Assembly: GCF_001457595.1 (NCBI RefSeq)
Contig: NZ_LN831039.1
Location: forward strand, 6,951,268 to 6,983,267
Direction of reading: 5' to 3'
Source: Mycolicibacterium smegmatis
GTDB lineage: Bacteria > Actinomycetota > Actinomycetes > Mycobacteriales > Mycobacteriaceae
DNA length: 32,000 nucleotides
Positions 1-8,941 of the stretch are shown here, piece by piece. The stretch's first letter is position 1; every line of letters begins with the position of its first letter. A program made the translations under genes and the position numbers. The notes below the pieces were generated by a model. The model had not been told where the DNA came from, ran no database searches, and saw only the letters and a list, made by a program, of their open reading frames with translations.

Positions 1-1142
1 CCGTGAAGTACCCCGACTACAACACCGTCTACGCGAGCCTCAAGACACGCCAGATCGATGCGTGGGTCGCGCCGTCGCAGCAGGCGTCGGGCACCGTGCA
101 GCCGGGCGATCCGGCGCAGATCATCGAAAACACCTTCAGTCTGGACAATTTCGTGGCCTGGGCGGTCGCGAGGGAGAACCAGCCGCTCATCGACGCGCTG
201 AACTCTGGTCTCGACGCGATCATCGCCGACGGGACGTGGGCCCGGCTCTACACCGACTGGGTACCGCGCGCCCTGCCGCCCGGCTGGAAACCCGGCTCCA
301 AGGCCGCGCCGGAACCCCAGCTGCCCGATTTCAACGCGATCGCCGCGGCCCGCGAGGAACCCGAGGACACCGGGCCGGTCGGACCGAAATCCGTGCTGTC
401 GCAACTCGCGGACTCGTTCCTCGACTGGGACCTGTACAAGCAGGCCGTCCCCGACCTGCTCAAGACCGGCCTGCCCAACACCCTGATCCTGACCGTCAGC
501 GCGGGCATCATCGGCCTGGTGCTCGGCATGGGCCTGGCCATGGCGGGAATCTCGCGCGCGGTGTGGCTGCGATGGCCCGCCCGCATCTACACCGACATCT
601 TCCGCGGCCTGCCCGAGGTGGTGATCATCCTGCTGATCGGGCTCGGTGTCGGGCCGATCGTCGGCCACCTGACCGGCAACAACCCGTACCCTCTGGGCAT
701 CGCGGCGCTCGGGTTGATGGCCGCGGCCTACATCGGGGAGATCTTCCGCTCGGGCATCCAGAGCGTGGAGGCCGGCCAACTGGAAGCCGCACGCGCACTG
801 GGGTTCAGCTACCGCTCGTCGATGCGCCTGGTCGTGGTGCCCCAGGGTGTCCGGCGCGTGCTGCCCGCGTTGATGAACCAGTTCATCTCGCTGCTGAAGG
901 CGTCGTCGCTGGTGTACTTCCTCGGCCTGATCGCCAACCAGCGTGAACTGTTCCAGGTGGGCCGAGACCTCAACGCGCAGACCGGAAATCTGTCGCCGCT
1001 CGTCGCGGCAGGCCTGTTCTACCTGATGCTGACCATCCCGCTGACACACCTGGTGAACTACATCGACAACCGGCTGCGGCGGGGCCGGCCCGCGACCGAG
1101 GAAGATCCGGTACCGCCGGCCGCCACCCAGGAGATGATCTGA
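1..1142 (+). CDS. Amino-acid ABC transporter, fused solute-binding domain + permease (5'-truncated by window edge)
   Basis: Frame of ORF 3..1142 is open to the window edge. The N-terminal part (IDAWVAPSQQ..., LIDALNSGLDAIIADGTWARLY) looks like the C-terminal lobe of a family-3 solute-binding protein. From about aa 150 it is a multi-TM polar-amino-acid permease with an EAA loop (EAARALGFSYRSSMRLVVVPQGVRRVLP). Stop TGA 1140-1142 shares 1 nt with the next ATG. Confidence 0.85.
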   Translation, partial: VKYPDYNTVYASLKTRQIDAWVAPSQQASGTVQPGDPAQIIENTFSLDNFVAWAVARENQPLIDALNSGLDAIIADGTWARLYTDWVPRALPPGWKPGSKAAPEPQLPDFNAIAAAREEPEDTGPVGPKSVLSQLADSFLDWDLYKQAVPDLLKTGLPNTLILTVSAGIIGLVLGMGLAMAGISRAVWLRWPARIYTDIFRGLPEVVIILLIGLGVGPIVGHLTGNNPYPLGIAALGLMAAAYIGEIFRSGIQSVEAGQLEAARALGFSYRSSMRLVVVPQGVRRVLPALMNQFISLLKASSLVYFLGLIANQRELFQVGRDLNAQTGNLSPLVAAGLFYLMLTIPLTHLVNYIDNRLRRGRPATEEDPVPPAATQEMI

Positions 1143-1879
1143 TGCCGGCTCCCGACGCGGTCTCCTTGACCGCCACGAACATTCACCTGGCATTCGGCCC
1201 CAACAAGGTGCTGCGCGGTGTCGACCTCGACGTGCCCGCCGGGACCACCACGGCGGTCATCGGCCCCTCCGGATCGGGCAAGTCCACGCTGCTGCGCACG
1301 CTGAACCGCCTGTACGAACCCGACGAGGGTGATGTCCTGCTGGACGGACGATCGGTGTTGCGCGACAACCCGGATCAACTGCGTCAGCGCATCGGCATGG
1401 TGTTCCAGCAGTTCAACCTCTTCCCCCACCGCAGCGTTCTCGACAACGTCACGCTGGGCCCGCGCAGGCTCAAAGGGCTGGGCGCCGACGACGCGCGCGA
1501 ACTGGGTCTGGCGCAACTCGACCGGGTTGGGTTGCGGCACAAGGCCGATGTGCGGCCTGGCACGTTGTCTGGCGGTCAACAGCAGCGCGTCGCGATCGCC
1601 CGCGCGCTCGCGATGGCACCACAGGTGATGTTCTTCGACGAGGCCACCTCGGCGCTCGACCCGGAACTGGTCAAGGGCATCCTGAGCCTGATGGCCGATC
1701 TCGCCGCGGACGGCATGACCATCGTCGCTGTCACACACGAGATGGGGTTCGCGCGGTCGACGGCAAATACTGTCGTGTTCATGGACCAGGGCCGCGTTGT
1801 CGAGTCCGGCGAGCCCGATCAACTCTTCGAAGCAGCGGAAACAGATCGCCTGCGCCGCTTCTTGTCCCAGGTTCTGTGA
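1142..1879 (+). CDS. glnQ: Polar amino-acid ABC transporter ATP-binding protein (GlnQ-like)
   Basis: 245 aa. Walker A GPSGSGKST, ABC signature LSGGQQQRV, Walker B MFFDEATSALD, H-loop VTHEMGF. ATG 1142 overlaps the upstream stop (TGATG). Confidence 0.93.
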   Translation: MPAPDAVSLTATNIHLAFGPNKVLRGVDLDVPAGTTTAVIGPSGSGKSTLLRTLNRLYEPDEGDVLLDGRSVLRDNPDQLRQRIGMVFQQFNLFPHRSVLDNVTLGPRRLKGLGADDARELGLAQLDRVGLRHKADVRPGTLSGGQQQRVAIARALAMAPQVMFFDEATSALDPELVKGILSLMADLAADGMTIVAVTHEMGFARSTANTVVFMDQGRVVESGEPDQLFEAAETDRLRRFLSQVL

Positions 1880-1929
1880 ATCAATCGGGCAAACCTGGCA
1901 AGCAGCTCACCCTACCGGCGCAGACAGGT

Positions 1930-1935
1930 TAGACT
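1930..1935 (+). promoter_or_regulatory. Candidate -10 hexamer TAGACT, 8 nt upstream of the MarR ATG (possible leaderless transcript)
   Basis: TANNNT match at 1930-1935; ATG at 1944. Confidence 0.35.
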
Positions 1936-1943
1936 GGCGAACT

Positions 1944-2444
1944 ATGGCAGAGACCGAACCGCAGGTCACCGAGCTGGCTGGAGAGCTGCAACGCGTTCTC
2001 TCCAAAGTCTTCTCGGTGCTGCGCCGCGGCGACACACATCGCGGCACCGCCGGCGACCTGACGTTGGCCCAGCTGTCGATCCTGTTGACCCTCCTGGAGG
2101 GCGGGCCGATCCGCATGACCGAGCTCGCGGCCCGCGAGCGCGTCCGTACGCCCACCACCACCGTCGCGATCCGCCGCCTGGAGAAACTCGGTCTGGTCAA
2201 GCGTTCGCGCGACCCCTCTGACCTGCGCGCCGTGCTGGTCGACGTCACGCCGCAGGGCCTGGTGCAGCACCGCGAGTCACTGGCCGCCCGACGCGCCGAC
2301 CTCGCCGAACGACTCAGCAAGCTCAGCGACGAGGATCTCGCGACCCTCGCCAGGGCCCTCGGGCCGCTGGAACGCCTCGCCGGGCAGGACGAGGACAAGA
2401 AGAACGAACGCGAGACGCCCAAACCCGCCGAACAGACCAGCTAG
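1944..2444 (+). CDS. MarR-family transcriptional regulator
   Basis: The in-frame ATG at 1944 (MAETEPQVTELAGELQRVL...) is preferred over the track start 1797, which overlaps glnQ. Winged-HTH MarR pattern: LTLAQLSILLTLLEGGPIRMTELAARERVRTPTTTVAIRRLEKLGLVKRSRDPSDLRAV. Position next to leuS recalls Rv0042c. Confidence 0.85.
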   Translation: MAETEPQVTELAGELQRVLSKVFSVLRRGDTHRGTAGDLTLAQLSILLTLLEGGPIRMTELAARERVRTPTTTVAIRRLEKLGLVKRSRDPSDLRAVLVDVTPQGLVQHRESLAARRADLAERLSKLSDEDLATLARALGPLERLAGQDEDKKNERETPKPAEQTS

Positions 2445-2452
2445 GTGCCGGG

Positions 2453-3793
2453 CTAACCCAGCCAGTCCAGCACGGCCGCGGCGGTCCAGGACTGCTGCAT
2501 GCTGCCCAGCGGTTCACCCGTGAACGGCTCGTAGTACTCGGCGAACGTGCCGTCGCTGGCCTGCCGCAGGCCCTCCTGCCGCAGCAGGCGCGCCCGCTCG
2601 GCCCAGCCACGGCGCGCGAAACACCACGAGAACAGCCAGGTCATGACCGGCCACACCGGGCCGCGCCAGTACTCGCGCGGACGGAAATCGCGCGACACGG
2701 GTGACGTCGACGGGATGACGCTGTACCGCAGATCCGGGTGGCCGCAGAACCGCGGGCCCTCCAGGCGCTTGATCAGCGTCCGCTCCTTGTCGTGCGGCAA
2801 CCCGCCGCACAACAGCGGCGCGAACTGCGCCACGGTCTCGGTGGCCACCCATCTGCCCGCGCGCACGTCGAAATCCCTTGCCGCGCCGGTGCGGTCGTCG
2901 GTCGAATCGATCACGCCGGCCCGGAACCGGTCGGCCCACGCGTACAGATCCCGCACATCGGCGTGCGGGCGTTTGTGGTCCTCACCGATCTCGGCCAGCA
3001 CCTGGCAGGCCACCGAGAAGATGGCCGAGACGAACACGTCCTCGACCGCGAAGCTCATCACCTTCGGCAGCAGATCGTCGTCGTAGCGAACCGATTTCAT
3101 CTCCTCGAGCAGCCACAGGTACCGGTCGTACTCGAGGTCGCTGGGCCGCTGCGTCGCGTCGGTGACGATGGTGTTGTCCTCGCGCTGGTACTCGGGCACG
3201 TTGCCGGGAACCACGTTGGCGTAGGCGCTGTCCCAGCGCGGTGAGTTGTCCATGCCGGACTCCCAGCCGTGGTACAGCGTGATCCGTCCGTGGCCGTCCG
3301 GATCGCGCTTCTCGGCCAGCCACCGGTGCCAGCGCACCAGATCGCTCCAGCGCCGGTCCAGGAAGGCCGCGGCCACCGCGCGAGTCGAGCGGCCCCGGTT
3401 GCGCGCCTGGTCGAGGATGCGTTGCACCGCGATGGCGTGCACGGGCGGTTGCGTGATGCCCGAGGTGTGCCGGATGCGCGGCGCGTTCGCCGCGAGCGCC
3501 TGTGTCGCCCAGCGGGCCGGGCCGGGGAAGTACCCGTCGACGCCGTTGGCGAACACGATGTGCGGGATCATCCCGTTGCGCCACTGCGCCGACAACAGGG
3601 TGTCGAGTTCGACGACGGCGCGCTCGACGCTCAGCGGCGCAAGGCCGATCGCGACGAACGCCGCGTCCCAACTCCACATGTGCGGGTACAGCAGGGGCGC
3701 GGCCGTGGTCATGGTGCCCAGGTCGTTACCGCGCAGCAGATACGCGGCGCGGGCAGCAAGTTGTGTCGGCGCGAAGCTCGGATCGGGTGGCAT
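2453..3793 (-). CDS. GH63-family glycoside hydrolase, glucosylglycerate/mannosylglycerate hydrolase-like (GgH)
   Basis: The 446-aa product from ATG 3793 (MPPDPSFAPTQLAARAAYLLRGNDLGTMTTAAPLLYPHMWSWDAAF...) ends in ...FAEYYEPFTGEPLGSMQQSWTAAAVLDWLG, typical of (alpha/alpha)6 GH63 MGH/GgH enzymes described in rapidly growing mycobacteria. The upstream 138 codons of track ORF 2453..4207 are Arg/Gly-rich and overlap the SDR gene on the other strand. Confidence 0.75.
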   Translation of the reverse strand: MPPDPSFAPTQLAARAAYLLRGNDLGTMTTAAPLLYPHMWSWDAAFVAIGLAPLSVERAVVELDTLLSAQWRNGMIPHIVFANGVDGYFPGPARWATQALAANAPRIRHTSGITQPPVHAIAVQRILDQARNRGRSTRAVAAAFLDRRWSDLVRWHRWLAEKRDPDGHGRITLYHGWESGMDNSPRWDSAYANVVPGNVPEYQREDNTIVTDATQRPSDLEYDRYLWLLEEMKSVRYDDDLLPKVMSFAVEDVFVSAIFSVACQVLAEIGEDHKRPHADVRDLYAWADRFRAGVIDSTDDRTGAARDFDVRAGRWVATETVAQFAPLLCGGLPHDKERTLIKRLEGPRFCGHPDLRYSVIPSTSPVSRDFRPREYWRGPVWPVMTWLFSWCFARRGWAERARLLRQEGLRQASDGTFAEYYEPFTGEPLGSMQQSWTAAAVLDWLG

Positions 3794-3834
3794 CGCTACC
3801 ATCATGCGACGCCGGGGCCGAAGTTGCAGGTCGG

Positions 3835-3840
3835 TAGGCT
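3835..3840 (+). promoter_or_regulatory. Candidate -10 hexamer TAGGCT, 7 nt upstream of the SDR GTG
   Basis: TANNNT at 3835-3840; GTG at 3848. Confidence 0.35.
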
Positions 3841-3847
3841 TGTCGGC

Positions 3848-4513
3848 GTGCCGACCGCGCTGATCACCGGAGCGAGCGGGGCCATCGGTTCGGCCATCGC
3901 CGCTGCCCTCGCCCCCACCCACACCCTGTTGCTGGCGGGTCGCCCGTCGGCCCGGCTCGACGAGGTCGCCGAACGCCTGGGCGCCCCGACCTGGCCACTC
4001 GACCTCACCGACGCCGATTCGATCGAGTCGAGCACCGAGGTGCTCGCCGAACTCGACGTGCTGGTGCACAACGCGGGGGTGCTGTTCCCGGGCCGCGTCG
4101 GCGAATCCACGGCCGACGAGTGGCGTGCGTCGTTCGAGGTGAACGTCACAGGTGCCGTCGCGCTGACGCTGGCGTTGCTGCCTGCGTTGCGCGCCGCGCG
4201 CGGGCACGTCGTGTTCATCAATTCAGGTGCGGGGCGCAACGTGTCGGCGGGCATGGCCTCGTACTCGGCGAGCAAGTTCGCGCTGCGCGCGTTCGCCGAC
4301 TCACTGCGCGCCGATGAACCGTCGCTGCGGGTCACCTCGGTGTTCCCGGGGCGCACCGATTCGGACATGCAGCGCGAACTGATCGCCTACGAGGGCCGCG
4401 AGTACGACCCCGGCAGTTTCCTGCGGCCCGAGACCGTCGCGGGGCTGGTGGCCTCGGCCGTCAACACCCCACGCGACGGCCACGTCCACGAGATCGTGGT
4501 CCGCCCGGGCTAG
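3848..4513 (+). CDS. Short-chain dehydrogenase/reductase (classical SDR)
   Basis: GTG 3848 gives VPTALITGASGAIGSAIA..., with the TGxxxGxG cofactor motif at the N-terminus. Also has an NAG motif (VHNAGV) and the catalytic YSASK. The upstream part of track ORF 3269..4513 is antisense to the GgH gene. Confidence 0.85.
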   Translation: MPTALITGASGAIGSAIAAALAPTHTLLLAGRPSARLDEVAERLGAPTWPLDLTDADSIESSTEVLAELDVLVHNAGVLFPGRVGESTADEWRASFEVNVTGAVALTLALLPALRAARGHVVFINSGAGRNVSAGMASYSASKFALRAFADSLRADEPSLRVTSVFPGRTDSDMQRELIAYEGREYDPGSFLRPETVAGLVASAVNTPRDGHVHEIVVRPG

Positions 4514-4519
4514 ACCCGG

Positions 4520-7381
4520 CTAGACGACCAGGTTGACCAGTCGGCCCGGGACAACGATGACCTTCTTGGGCGTGGCCCCGGCCAGGAACGCCTGCACCTT
4601 CTCGTCGGCCAGGGCCGCGGCCTCGAGCGCGGCCTTGTCCGCGTCGGCCGCCACGACGATCTTGCCGCGCACCTTGCCGTTGACCTGGACGGGGAACTCG
4701 ATGGTGTCCTCCACCAGGTACTGCGGGTCGGCCTCGGGGAAAGGTCCGTGTGCCAGCGAGGTGTCGTGGCCCAGCCGCTTCCACAGTTCCTCGGCGAGGT
4801 GCGGCGCCAGCGGCGCGACCATCAGCACCAGTGGTTCGATCGCGGCGCGCGCCGCCACACCCTCCTTGGTGAGGTGGTTGGTGTACTCGATGAGCTTGGC
4901 GGCCGCGGTGTTGTTGCGAAGTGCCGCATAGTCTTCGCGCACACCTTCGATCGTGCGGTGCAGCAGGCGCAGCGTCTCGTCGCTGAGTGCCTCGTGCTCG
5001 ACGACACGCACGTTGCCCGAGGTCTCGTCGATCACGACGCGCCACACACGCTGCAGGAAGCGGTGCGCACCGACGACGTCCTTGGTGGCCCACGGCCGCG
5101 ACGCCTCGAGCGGGCCCATCGACATCTCGTACACGCGCAGCGTGTCGGCGCCGTAGTTGTCGCAGATCTCGTCGGGCGACACCGAGTTCTTCAGGCTCTT
5201 GCCGATCTTGCCGAACTCCTGGTTCACCTCTATTTCACCATCGGGACCGGGCCAGAAGAACTTGCCGTCCCGCTCGATCACCTCGGCGGCGGGCACATAG
5301 GTGCCGCGCGAGTCGGTGTAGGCGAAGGCCTGGATGTAGCCCTGGTTGACCAGGCGTCGGTACGGCTCACGCGAGCTGACGTAACCCAGGTCGTAGAGCA
5401 CCTTGTGCCAGAACCGCGAGTACAGCAGGTGCAGCACAGCGTGTTCCACGCCGCCGACGTACAGGTCGACACCGCCCGGATCCTCCGGGCCGTGCTCGTC
5501 GGGGCGCGGCCCCATCCAGTACGCCTCGTTCTCCTTGGCGCACATCTCATCCGGATTGTGCGGGTCGGTGTAGCGCAGCTCGTACCACGAGCTGCCGGCC
5601 CACTGCGGCATGACATTGGTGTCACGCGTGTAGGACTGCAGACCGTCACCGAGGTCGAGTTCGACGTGGACCCATTCGGTGGCCTTGTTCAGCGGCGGCG
5701 AGGGCTCGCTGTCGGCGTCGTCCGGGTCGAACAGCACCGGCGAGTAGTCGGGGACGTCCGGAAGCTCAACGGGCAGAGCAGATTCCGGCAGCGGGTGGGC
5801 ACGTCCGTCGGCGTCGTAGACAATGGGGAACGGCTCACCCCAGTAGCGCTGGCGGGCGAACAGCCAGTCACGCAGCTTGTACTCGACGCGGCGCTTCCCG
5901 CGGCCGTCGGCCTCGAGACGGGCGATGATGGCCTCCTTGGCCGACGCCACATCCATGCCGTCGAGGAAGCCCGAGTTGACCATGGTGCCGTCGCCCGCGT
6001 AGGCGGCCTCCGAGATGTCACCACCGGTCACCACCTCGATGATGGGCAGGCCGAACTCCTTGGCGAAATCCCAGTCACGCTGATCGCCGCCGGGCACCGC
6101 CATGATGGCGCCGGTGCCGTAGCCGGCCAGCACGTAGTCGGCGATGAAGATCGGAACCTGTTTGCCGTCAGCGGGATTGGTCGCGTAGGCACCCAGGAAC
6201 ACACCGGTCTTGGTCTTGTTCTCCTGGCGCTCCAGATCCGACTTCGCGGCGATGTCCGTGCGGTAGGCCGCGACGGCCTCGCGCGGGGTCGCCGCGCCGT
6301 AGGTCCAGCGCTCGTCGGTGCCGTCGGGCCACGCGTCGGTCACCAGCGTGTCGACCAGATCGTGCTCGGGGGCCAACACCAGATACGTTGCGCCGAACAA
6401 CGTATCGGGACGCGTGGTGAACACCTCGATGTCGTCGGCCGCGGTCGCGAACAGCACCGAGGCACCCGTCGAGCGGCCGATCCAGTTGCGCTGCATGGTC
6501 TTGACCTTCTCGGGCCAATCCAGCACGTCGAGATCCTCGAGGAGCCTGTCGGAGTACGCGGTGATGCGCATCATCCACTGGCGCAACCGCTTCCGGAACA
6601 CCGGGAAGTTGCCGCGGTCGCTGCGGCCCTCGGAGGTCACCTCCTCGTTGGCCAGCACGGTGCCCAGACCGGGGCACCAGTTCACCATCGAGTCGGCGCG
6701 GTACACCAAGCGGTAACCGTCGATCACATCGGCGCGCTCACCCTTGGACAGATCGGCCCAGTTGCGGCCGTCGTCGAGCGTGCGCTTACCCGATTCGAAC
6801 TCCTCGACCAGCTCGCTGATGCGGCGGGCCTTGTTCTGGTCGCGGTCGAACCAGGCGTTGTAGATCTGCAGGAAGATCCACTGCGTCCACTTGTAGTAGT
6901 CGACGTCGGTGGTGGAGAAGCTGCGGCGCGTGTCGTGGCCCAGCCCCAGCCGGCCCAGCTGCCTGCGGAAGTTGACGATGTTGGCCTCGGTGCGCGTGCG
7001 CGGATGCGTCCCGGTCTGCACCGCGTACTGCTCGGCGGGCAGGCCGAAGGCATCGAACCCCAGCGCGTGCAACACGTTGCGGCCGAGCATGCGGTAGTAG
7101 CGCGCGTAGACGTCTGTCGCGATGTAGCCGAGCGGGTGCCCGACGTGCAGACCGTCGCCCGACGGGTACGGGAACATGTCCTGGACGAACATCTTGTCGG
7201 CAGGAACATCCGAGCCGTCCTTCGGCGCGAGTGACCCCACGGGATTGGCGACGTTGAACGTGCCGCGGTCCGACCACGTCTCCTGCCACGCCCGCTCGAT
7301 CTGCCCCGCGAGATCCGCGTTGTAGCGATGACGCGGGATCTGCTCATCGGGTGTTGTCGGCGTGGTTGCGGGTTCGGTCAC
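4520..7381 (-). CDS. leuS: Leucine--tRNA ligase
   Basis: Class I aaRS with HIGH-type motif (HVGHPLGY) and KMSKS-type motif (KIGKSLKN). Full-length similarity to mycobacterial LeuS (Rv0041) from memory. Start placed at GTG 7381 ([20 protein letters not shown]...), supported by a -10-like TACCCT 7 nt upstream. The track start is TTG 7408. Confidence 0.95.
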   Translation of the reverse strand: MTEPATTPTTPDEQIPRHRYNADLAGQIERAWQETWSDRGTFNVANPVGSLAPKDGSDVPADKMFVQDMFPYPSGDGLHVGHPLGYIATDVYARYYRMLGRNVLHALGFDAFGLPAEQYAVQTGTHPRTRTEANIVNFRRQLGRLGLGHDTRRSFSTTDVDYYKWTQWIFLQIYNAWFDRDQNKARRISELVEEFESGKRTLDDGRNWADLSKGERADVIDGYRLVYRADSMVNWCPGLGTVLANEEVTSEGRSDRGNFPVFRKRLRQWMMRITAYSDRLLEDLDVLDWPEKVKTMQRNWIGRSTGASVLFATAADDIEVFTTRPDTLFGATYLVLAPEHDLVDTLVTDAWPDGTDERWTYGAATPREAVAAYRTDIAAKSDLERQENKTKTGVFLGAYATNPADGKQVPIFIADYVLAGYGTGAIMAVPGGDQRDWDFAKEFGLPIIEVVTGGDISEAAYAGDGTMVNSGFLDGMDVASAKEAIIARLEADGRGKRRVEYKLRDWLFARQRYWGEPFPIVYDADGRAHPLPESALPVELPDVPDYSPVLFDPDDADSEPSPPLNKATEWVHVELDLGDGLQSYTRDTNVMPQWAGSSWYELRYTDPHNPDEMCAKENEAYWMGPRPDEHGPEDPGGVDLYVGGVEHAVLHLLYSRFWHKVLYDLGYVSSREPYRRLVNQGYIQAFAYTDSRGTYVPAAEVIERDGKFFWPGPDGEIEVNQEFGKIGKSLKNSVSPDEICDNYGADTLRVYEMSMGPLEASRPWATKDVVGAHRFLQRVWRVVIDETSGNVRVVEHEALSDETLRLLHRTIEGVREDYAALRNNTAAAKLIEYTNHLTKEGVAARAAIEPLVLMVAPLAPHLAEELWKRLGHDTSLAHGPFPEADPQYLVEDTIEFPVQVNGKVRGKIVVAADADKAALEAAALADEKVQAFLAGATPKKVIVVPGRLVNLVV

Positions 7382-7388
7382 GACCAAC

Positions 7389-7394
7389 AGGGTA
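7389..7394 (-). promoter_or_regulatory. Candidate -10 hexamer TACCCT (minus strand), 7 nt upstream of the leuS GTG 7381
   Basis: Plus-strand agggta at 7389-7394 is TACCCT on the minus strand. Confidence 0.35.
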
Positions 7395-7594
7395 TAAGGC
7401 GGCCGCAAACCGCTCGAAGTCGCTGACCTCCGCAGACCGTCAGGGCACAGCTTGGTATCGGTTCCGTCGCGGGCAAGTCAGAGCTTGATTCCAGGTGTGT
7501 AGAGATCCTGGTTTCGGCACCTGCGGCATGGATACAGTCAGCGCCTGACGTACGGCAGCAAACAGCTTCGAATCGTTGGGGAAGGACGCACGCA

Positions 7595-8500
7595 ATGACC
7601 GAGAGTGCCCGTCGTTGGCGGGTTCTGAGCGCAGGGGTGGCCGCGGGACTGGCCGGTTTCGTCAGCCTTGCCGGCAACACCGCATCCGCCGAACCAGTGT
7701 TGCCCATGCCACCGGCGCCCGTGCCGTCACCGGTGGTGCAGCAGGCGGCCCCGCTCGCTCCTGCGGCCGCGCCCGCGGCTGCTGCGGTACCCGGAACGTC
7801 GAGCCTGGGCGTGACGAATCAGACACCAGGCGTCGCCGTGCCCGCGGCGCCCGCAGCGGTGCCGCAACCGGCGATCGTCCCGGCGACCTCCGGCACGCTC
7901 TCGGAATTCCTCGCCGAGCACGGCGTCAAGATGGAGCCGCAGGTCGCCGACAACTTCACGGCGCTCAACATCGTGCTGCCCATGCCGACGAACTGGACGA
8001 AAGTCCCCGATCCGAACGTGCCGAACGCGTTCGCCGTGATCGCCGACCGCACCAGCAAGGACCTGTACACACCCAACGCCCAGGTGGTGGTCTACAAGCT
8101 CATCGGCGACTTCGACCCGCGCGCGGCGATCAGCCACGGCTACGTCGACAGCCAGAAGCTTCTCGGCTGGCGTACCACCGACATGGCGATGGGCGACTTC
8201 TACGGATTCCCCTCGTCCTTCATCGAAGGTAGCTACACCGAGGGCAGCCAGGTGCTCAACACCTCCCGCCGCCACGTCATCGCCACGTCGGGCGACGACC
8301 GGTACCTGGTGTCGCTGTCGGTGAACTGGTCGGCCGCCAACCAGGGCATATCGGCCGCCGCGGAAGCGACCGACGCGATCGTCTCGGGCTTCCGGGTCAG
8401 CGCGCCGGCGCCCGCTCCTGCGGCTCCGCCCGCCGCGCCCGCACCGGTTGCGCCACCCGCGCTGCCCGCTTTGCCCCAGCTCCCGGGCCTCCCGGGCTAG
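7595..8500 (+). CDS. mtc28: Secreted proline-rich protein, Mtc28 / LpqN-LpqT family
   Basis: ATG 7595 is preceded by GGAAGGA. Signal peptide (RRWRVLSAGVAAGLAGFVSLAGNTASA), Pro/Ala-rich N- and C-terminal tracts, and a central LpqN-like domain (FTALNIVLPMPTNWTKVPDPNVPNAFAVIADR). Divergent from leuS, as Rv0040c is in M. tuberculosis. Confidence 0.85.
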   Translation: MTESARRWRVLSAGVAAGLAGFVSLAGNTASAEPVLPMPPAPVPSPVVQQAAPLAPAAAPAAAAVPGTSSLGVTNQTPGVAVPAAPAAVPQPAIVPATSGTLSEFLAEHGVKMEPQVADNFTALNIVLPMPTNWTKVPDPNVPNAFAVIADRTSKDLYTPNAQVVVYKLIGDFDPRAAISHGYVDSQKLLGWRTTDMAMGDFYGFPSSFIEGSYTEGSQVLNTSRRHVIATSGDDRYLVSLSVNWSAANQGISAAAEATDAIVSGFRVSAPAPAPAAPPAAPAPVAPPALPALPQLPGLPG

Positions 8501-8557
8501 AGGTTGGGCCGGGGCGCCGAGCCCCGGCCCGATACCGCACGAACGCCGCCGAACTCG

Positions 8558-8563
8558 TATTGT
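8558..8563 (+). promoter_or_regulatory. Candidate -10 hexamer TATTGT, 6 nt upstream of ATG 8570
   Basis: TANNNT at 8558-8563; ATG at 8570. Confidence 0.35.
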
Positions 8564-8569
8564 GGGCCC

Positions 8570-8941
8570 ATGCTGATCGCCGCGCTGCTGTGTCTGAGCG
8601 CCGCCGTCGTCGTCGCAGTCCTCGGGTTGTGGCTGTTGACCCGGCCCCGTTACGGAGATCCGGTGCGGGGCGTGTTGAGAGCGGTTGCCCCGACGCAGCT
8701 GGCCGCCGCGGTCATGCTCGCCGCGGGCGGCGCCACCGCGTTGGCCGCCGCCCCGCAGACCGGGCTCATGGTCGTCGTGGTGTGCGTCATCGGGGCCATC
8801 GCGACCGTGGCCGCGGGCTGCTGGCAGAGCGCCAAGGCCGTCGCCGTCAGTCAAGCGGCGAGTGAAGCGGCGCGCGAGGCGTCCGGCGGCAGCTGCGCCC
8901 CGGAGGCGTGCGCGGCCTGCACGCTGTCCTGCAGCAAGTGA
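8570..8941 (+). CDS. Small integral membrane protein with Cys-rich C-terminal tail (Rv0039c-like)
   Basis: 123 aa from ATG 8570 (MLIAALLCLSAAVVVAVLGLWLL...). Three hydrophobic segments. Tail SCAPEACAACTLSCSK. Synteny with mtc28. Confidence 0.7.
   Translation: MLIAALLCLSAAVVVAVLGLWLLTRPRYGDPVRGVLRAVAPTQLAAAVMLAAGGATALAAAPQTGLMVVVVCVIGAIATVAAGCWQSAKAVAVSQAASEAAREASGGSCAPEACAACTLSCSK

Noticed and set aside
3794-4207. N-terminal extension of the GgH ORF (track start 4207)
   Set aside because: The extension is Arg/Gln/Gly-rich and is antisense to the SDR coding region. The hydrolase family begins at MPPDPSF (ATG 3793). The same reasoning removes other extensions: pcnA 13808-14938, parA 28135-28383, rnpA 31313-31690, murJ 17058-17204 and the DinB-like gene 9847-10983.
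4508-4525. Tandem direct repeat GGCTAGAC x2 that supplies the stop codons of both the SDR (+) and leuS (-)
   Set aside because: It is only 8 bp repeated once, a curiosity of two convergent TAG stops 6 bp apart. There is no evidence of function.
4748-7234. 828-aa ORF on the plus strand, antisense to leuS
   Set aside because: It lies entirely inside the well-supported leuS gene on the other strand. The product is Arg/Gly/Val/His-rich low-complexity sequence with no recognisable motif, which is the typical long antisense ORF of high-GC DNA.
7382-7594. Possible T-box or other riboswitch leader upstream of leuS
   Set aside because: I could not find a T-box consensus (AGGGTGGNACCGCG-like) or a conserved stem pattern on the minus strand. 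A -10 hexamer 7 nt from the GTG suggests a leaderless mRNA instead.
7727-8854. 375-aa minus-strand ORF antisense to the mtc28-like gene and the small membrane protein gene
   Set aside because: Arg/Gly-rich antisense artefact. The plus-strand genes have a signal peptide, TM segments, a Shine-Dalgarno sequence or -10 signals, and synteny support.
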